Shown here: positions 60,801 to 64,000 of the stretch, piece after piece | Layout of the letters: every line of letters begins with the position of its first letter | Numbering within the stretch: the first letter of the stretch is position 1 | Assembly (NCBI GenBank): GCA_964016885.1 | Contig: OZ024745.1 | Span: 6,510,001-6,574,000 of the forward strand | DNA length: 64,000 nt | Direction: 5' to 3' | DNA from: Eledone cirrhosa | Taxonomy: Eukaryota | Position numbers and translations under genes: made by a program | Notes under the pieces: generated by a model | What the model was told of the DNA's origin: nothing | What the model saw: only the letters and a program-made list of their open reading frames with translations | Database searches by the model: none

Positions 60801-63800
60801 GTATCTGGAGGGTGAGACGTAGTAGGGTGTCTAGAGAGTGAGACATAGTAGGGTGTCTCGAGAGTGAGACATAGTAGGGTGTCTGGAGGGTGAGACATAG
60901 TAGCGTGTCTGGAGAGTGAGACATAGTAGGGTGTCTGGAGGGTGAGACAGAGTAGCGTGTCTGGAGAGTGAGACAGAGTAGGGTATCTGGAGAGTGAGAC
61001 ATAGTAGGGTGTCTAGAGGGTGAGACATAGTAGGGTGTCTGGAGGGTGAGACATAGTAGGTTGTCTGGAGGTTGAGTTATAGTAGGGTGTCTGGAGGGTG
61101 AGACATAGTAGGGTGTCTGGAAGGTGAGACAGAGTAGGGTGTGTGGAGGGTGGGACAGATTAGGGTGTCTGGAGGTTGAGTTATAGTAGGGTGTCTGGAG
61201 GGTGAGAGATAGTAGGGTGTCTGGAGGGTGAGACATAGTAGGGTGTCTAGAGGGTGAGACATAGTAGGGTGTCTGGAGGTTTGAGTTATAGTAGGGTGTC
61301 TGGAGGGTGAGACATAGTAGGGTGTCTGGAGGGTGAGACAGAGTAGGGTGTCTGGAGTTTGAGTTATAGTAGGGTGTCTGGAGGGTGAGTTATAGTAGGG
61401 TGTCTGGAGGGTGAGACATAGTAGGGTGTCTGGAGGGTGAGACACAGTAGGGTGTCTAGAGGGTGAGACATAGTAGGGTGTCTCGAGAGTGAGACAGAGT
61501 AGGGTGTCTAGAGGGTGACACATAGTAGGGTGTCTGTTGGGTGAGACATAGTAGGTTGTCTGGAGGTTGAGTTATAGTAGGGTGTCTGGAGGGTGAGACA
61601 TAGTAGGGTGTCTGGAGGGTGAGACAGAGTAGGGTGTCTGGAGGGTGGGACAGAGTAGGGTGTCTGGAGGTTGAGTTATAGTAGGGTGTCTGGAGGGTGA
61701 GACATAGTAGGGCGTCTGGAGGGTGAGACATAGTAGGGTGTCTAGAGGGTCAGTCATAGTAGGGTGTCTCGAGAGTGAGACATAGTAGGGTGTCTGGAGG
61801 TTTGAGTTATAGTAGGGTGTCTGGAGGGTGAGACATAGTAGGGTGTCTGGAGGGTGAGACAGAGTAGGGTGTCTGGAGTTTGAGTTATAGTAGGGTGTCT
61901 GGAGGGTGAGACAGAGTAGGGTGTCTGGAGGGTGAGACAGAGTAGGGTGTCTGGAGGGTGTACATAGTAGGGTGTCTGGAGGGTGAGACATAGTAGGTTG
62001 TCTGGAGGTTGAGTTATAGTAGGGTGTCTGGAGGGTGAGACATAGTAGGGTGTCTGGAGGGTGAGACAGAGTAGGGTGTCTGGAGGGTGGGACAGAGTAG
62101 GGTGTCTGGAGGTTAAGTTATAGTAGGTGTCTGGAGGGTGAGAATAGTAGGGTGTCTGGAGAGTGAGACATAGTAGGGTGTCTGGAGGGTGAGACATAGT
62201 AGGGTGTCTGGAGGTTGAGTTATAGTAGGGTGTCTGGAGGGTGAGACATAGTAGGGTGTCTGGAGGGTGAGACAGAGTAGGGTGTCTGGAGGTTGAGTTA
62301 TAGTAGGGTGTCTGGAGGGTGAGACAGAGTAGGGTGTCTGGAGAGTCAGACATAGTAGGGTGTCTGGACGGTGAGACAGAGTAGCGTGTCTGGAGAGTGA
62401 GACATATTAGGGTGTCTGGAGAGTGAGACATAGTAGGGTGGCTGGACAGTGAGACATAAAAGAGTGTCTGGAGAGTGAGACATAGTAGGGTGTCTGGGGG
62501 ATGAGACGTAGTAGGGTATCTGGAGGGTGAGACGTAGTAGGGTGTCTTGAGAGTGAAACATAGTAGGGTGTCTGGAGAGTGAGACATAGTAGTGTGTCTG
62601 GAGGGTGAGACGTAGTAGGGTGTATGGAGGGTGAGACGTAGTAGGGTGTCTGGAGGGTGAGACGTAGTAGGGTGTCTGGAGGGTGAGACGTAGTAGGGTG
62701 TCTGGACAGTGAGACATAGTAGGGTGTCTCGAGAGTGAGACATAGTAGGGTGTCTGGAGGGTGAGACGTAGTAGGGTGTCTGGATGGTGAGACGTAGTAT
62801 GGTGTCTGGATGGTGAGACAGAGTAGGGTGTCTGGAAGTTGAGTTATAGTAGGGTGTCTGGAGGGTGAGACATAGTAGGGTGTCTGGAGGGTGAGACACA
62901 GGGTGTCTGGAGGGTGAGACAGAGTAGGGTGTCTGGAGGGTGAGACATAGTAGGGTGTCTGGAGGGTGACACATAGTAGGGTGTCTAGAGGGTGAGACAT
63001 AGTAGGGTGTCTGGAGGGTGAGACGTAGTAGGGTGTCTGGAGGGTGAGACAGAGTAGGGTGTCTGGAGGGTGAGACAGAGTAGGGTGTCTGGAGGGTGAG
63101 ACAGAGTAGGGTGTCTGGAGGGTGAGACAGAGTAGGGTGTCTGGAGGGTGAGACATAGTAGGGTGTCTGGAGGGTGATACATAGTAGGGTGTCTGGAGGG
63201 TGAGACATAGTAGGTTGTCTGGAGGTTGAGTTATAGTAGGGTGTCTGGAGGGTGAGACATACTAGGGTGTCTGGATGGTGAGACAGAGTAGGGTGTCTGG
63301 AGTGTGGGACAGAATAGGGTGTCTGGAGGTTGAGTTATAGTAGGGTGTCTGGAGGGTGAGACATAGTAGGGTGTCTGGAGAGTGAGACATAGTAGCGTGT
63401 CTGGAGGGTGAGACATAGTAGGGTGTCTGGAGGTTGAGTTATAGTAGGGTGTCTGGAGGGTGAGACATAGTAGGGTGTCTGGAGGTTGAGTTATAGTTGG
63501 GTGTCTGGAGGGTGAGACATAATAGAGTGTCTGGAGGGTGAGACAGTGTAGGGTGTCTGGAGGATGAGTTATAGTAGGGTGTCTGGAGGGTGAGACAGAG
63601 TAGGGTGTCTGGAGGATGAGACAGAGTAGGGTGTCTGGAGAGTGAGACATAGTAGGGTGTCTGGAGGGTGAGACATAGTAGGGTGTCTGGAGGGTGAGAC
63701 ATAGTAGGGTGTCTGGAGGGTGAGACACAGGGTGTCTGGACGGTGAGACAGAGTAGGGTGTCTGGAGGGTGAGACAGAGTAGGGTGTCTGGAGGGTGAGA

Positions 63801-64000
63801 CATAGTAGGGTTTCTGGAGGGTGAGACATAGTATGGTGTCTGGAGGGTGAGACACAGGGTGTCTGGGGGGTGAGACATAGTAGCGTGTCTGGAGAGTGAG
63901 ACATAGTAGGGTGTCTGGAGGGTGAGACCCTAGTAGGGTGTCTGGAGGTTGAGTTATAGTAGGGTGTCTGGAGGATGAGACATAGTAGGGTGTCTGGAGG
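24894..64000. repeat. 26-bp satellite array (GGGTGTCTGGAGGGTGAGACATAGTA)n, ~39 kb, ~1500 monomers, continuing past the window end
   Basis: Uninterrupted, single-orientation tandem array with recurrent monomer variants (23-, 25-, 27- and 29-bp forms) and kb-scale higher-order duplications. Confidence 0.99.

Noticed and set aside
24876-63904. Dozens of long minus-strand ORFs (up to 827 aa) with the SHPPDTLLCLTLQTPYYVSPSRHPTM repeat
   Set aside because: Artefact: the reverse complement of the 26-bp monomer has no stop in any frame, so three monomers give a 26-aa cycle in all three frames; indel and stop variants show no frame preservation.
24894-64000. CRISPR-like appearance (short partly palindromic repeat)
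   Set aside because: No unique spacers, monomers are directly adjacent, no cas genes, eukaryotic context.

Overview
Gene-poor, repeat-dominated animal genomic DNA. The SINE families and the (CATA)n/(TA)n/(CA)n microsatellite load suggest a coleoid cephalopod such as Octopus; this is an inference with no database check. Positions 1-24.9 kb are a mosaic of microsatellites, minisatellites and nested mobile elements: RTE and CR1 LINE fragments, tRNA-derived SINEs, a Tc1/pogo-like MITE interrupted by a Helitron, two hAT-type non-autonomous elements, a fold-back element with tRNA-like arms, Penelope-type minimal hammerhead ribozymes, and a 5'-intact but 3'-truncated Tx1/L1-clade retrotransposon (16.7-21.5 kb). 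From ~24.9 kb to the window end is one ~39-kb G-rich satellite of a 26-bp monomer (GGGTGTCTGGAGGGTGAGACATAGTA) with nested higher-order duplications; all ORFs there are artefacts of the repeat. No host gene could be established. Best leads: an apparently intact type I hammerhead with an extended stem II (15.5 kb); splice signals at the Tx1 ORF1/ORF2 junction; convergent tRNA-like Pol III units in an inverted repeat; a ~96%-identical inverted SINE pair; a triple C2H2 zinc-finger tail on a (CATA)n-embedded RTE; and a minisatellite born from CR1 coding sequence.
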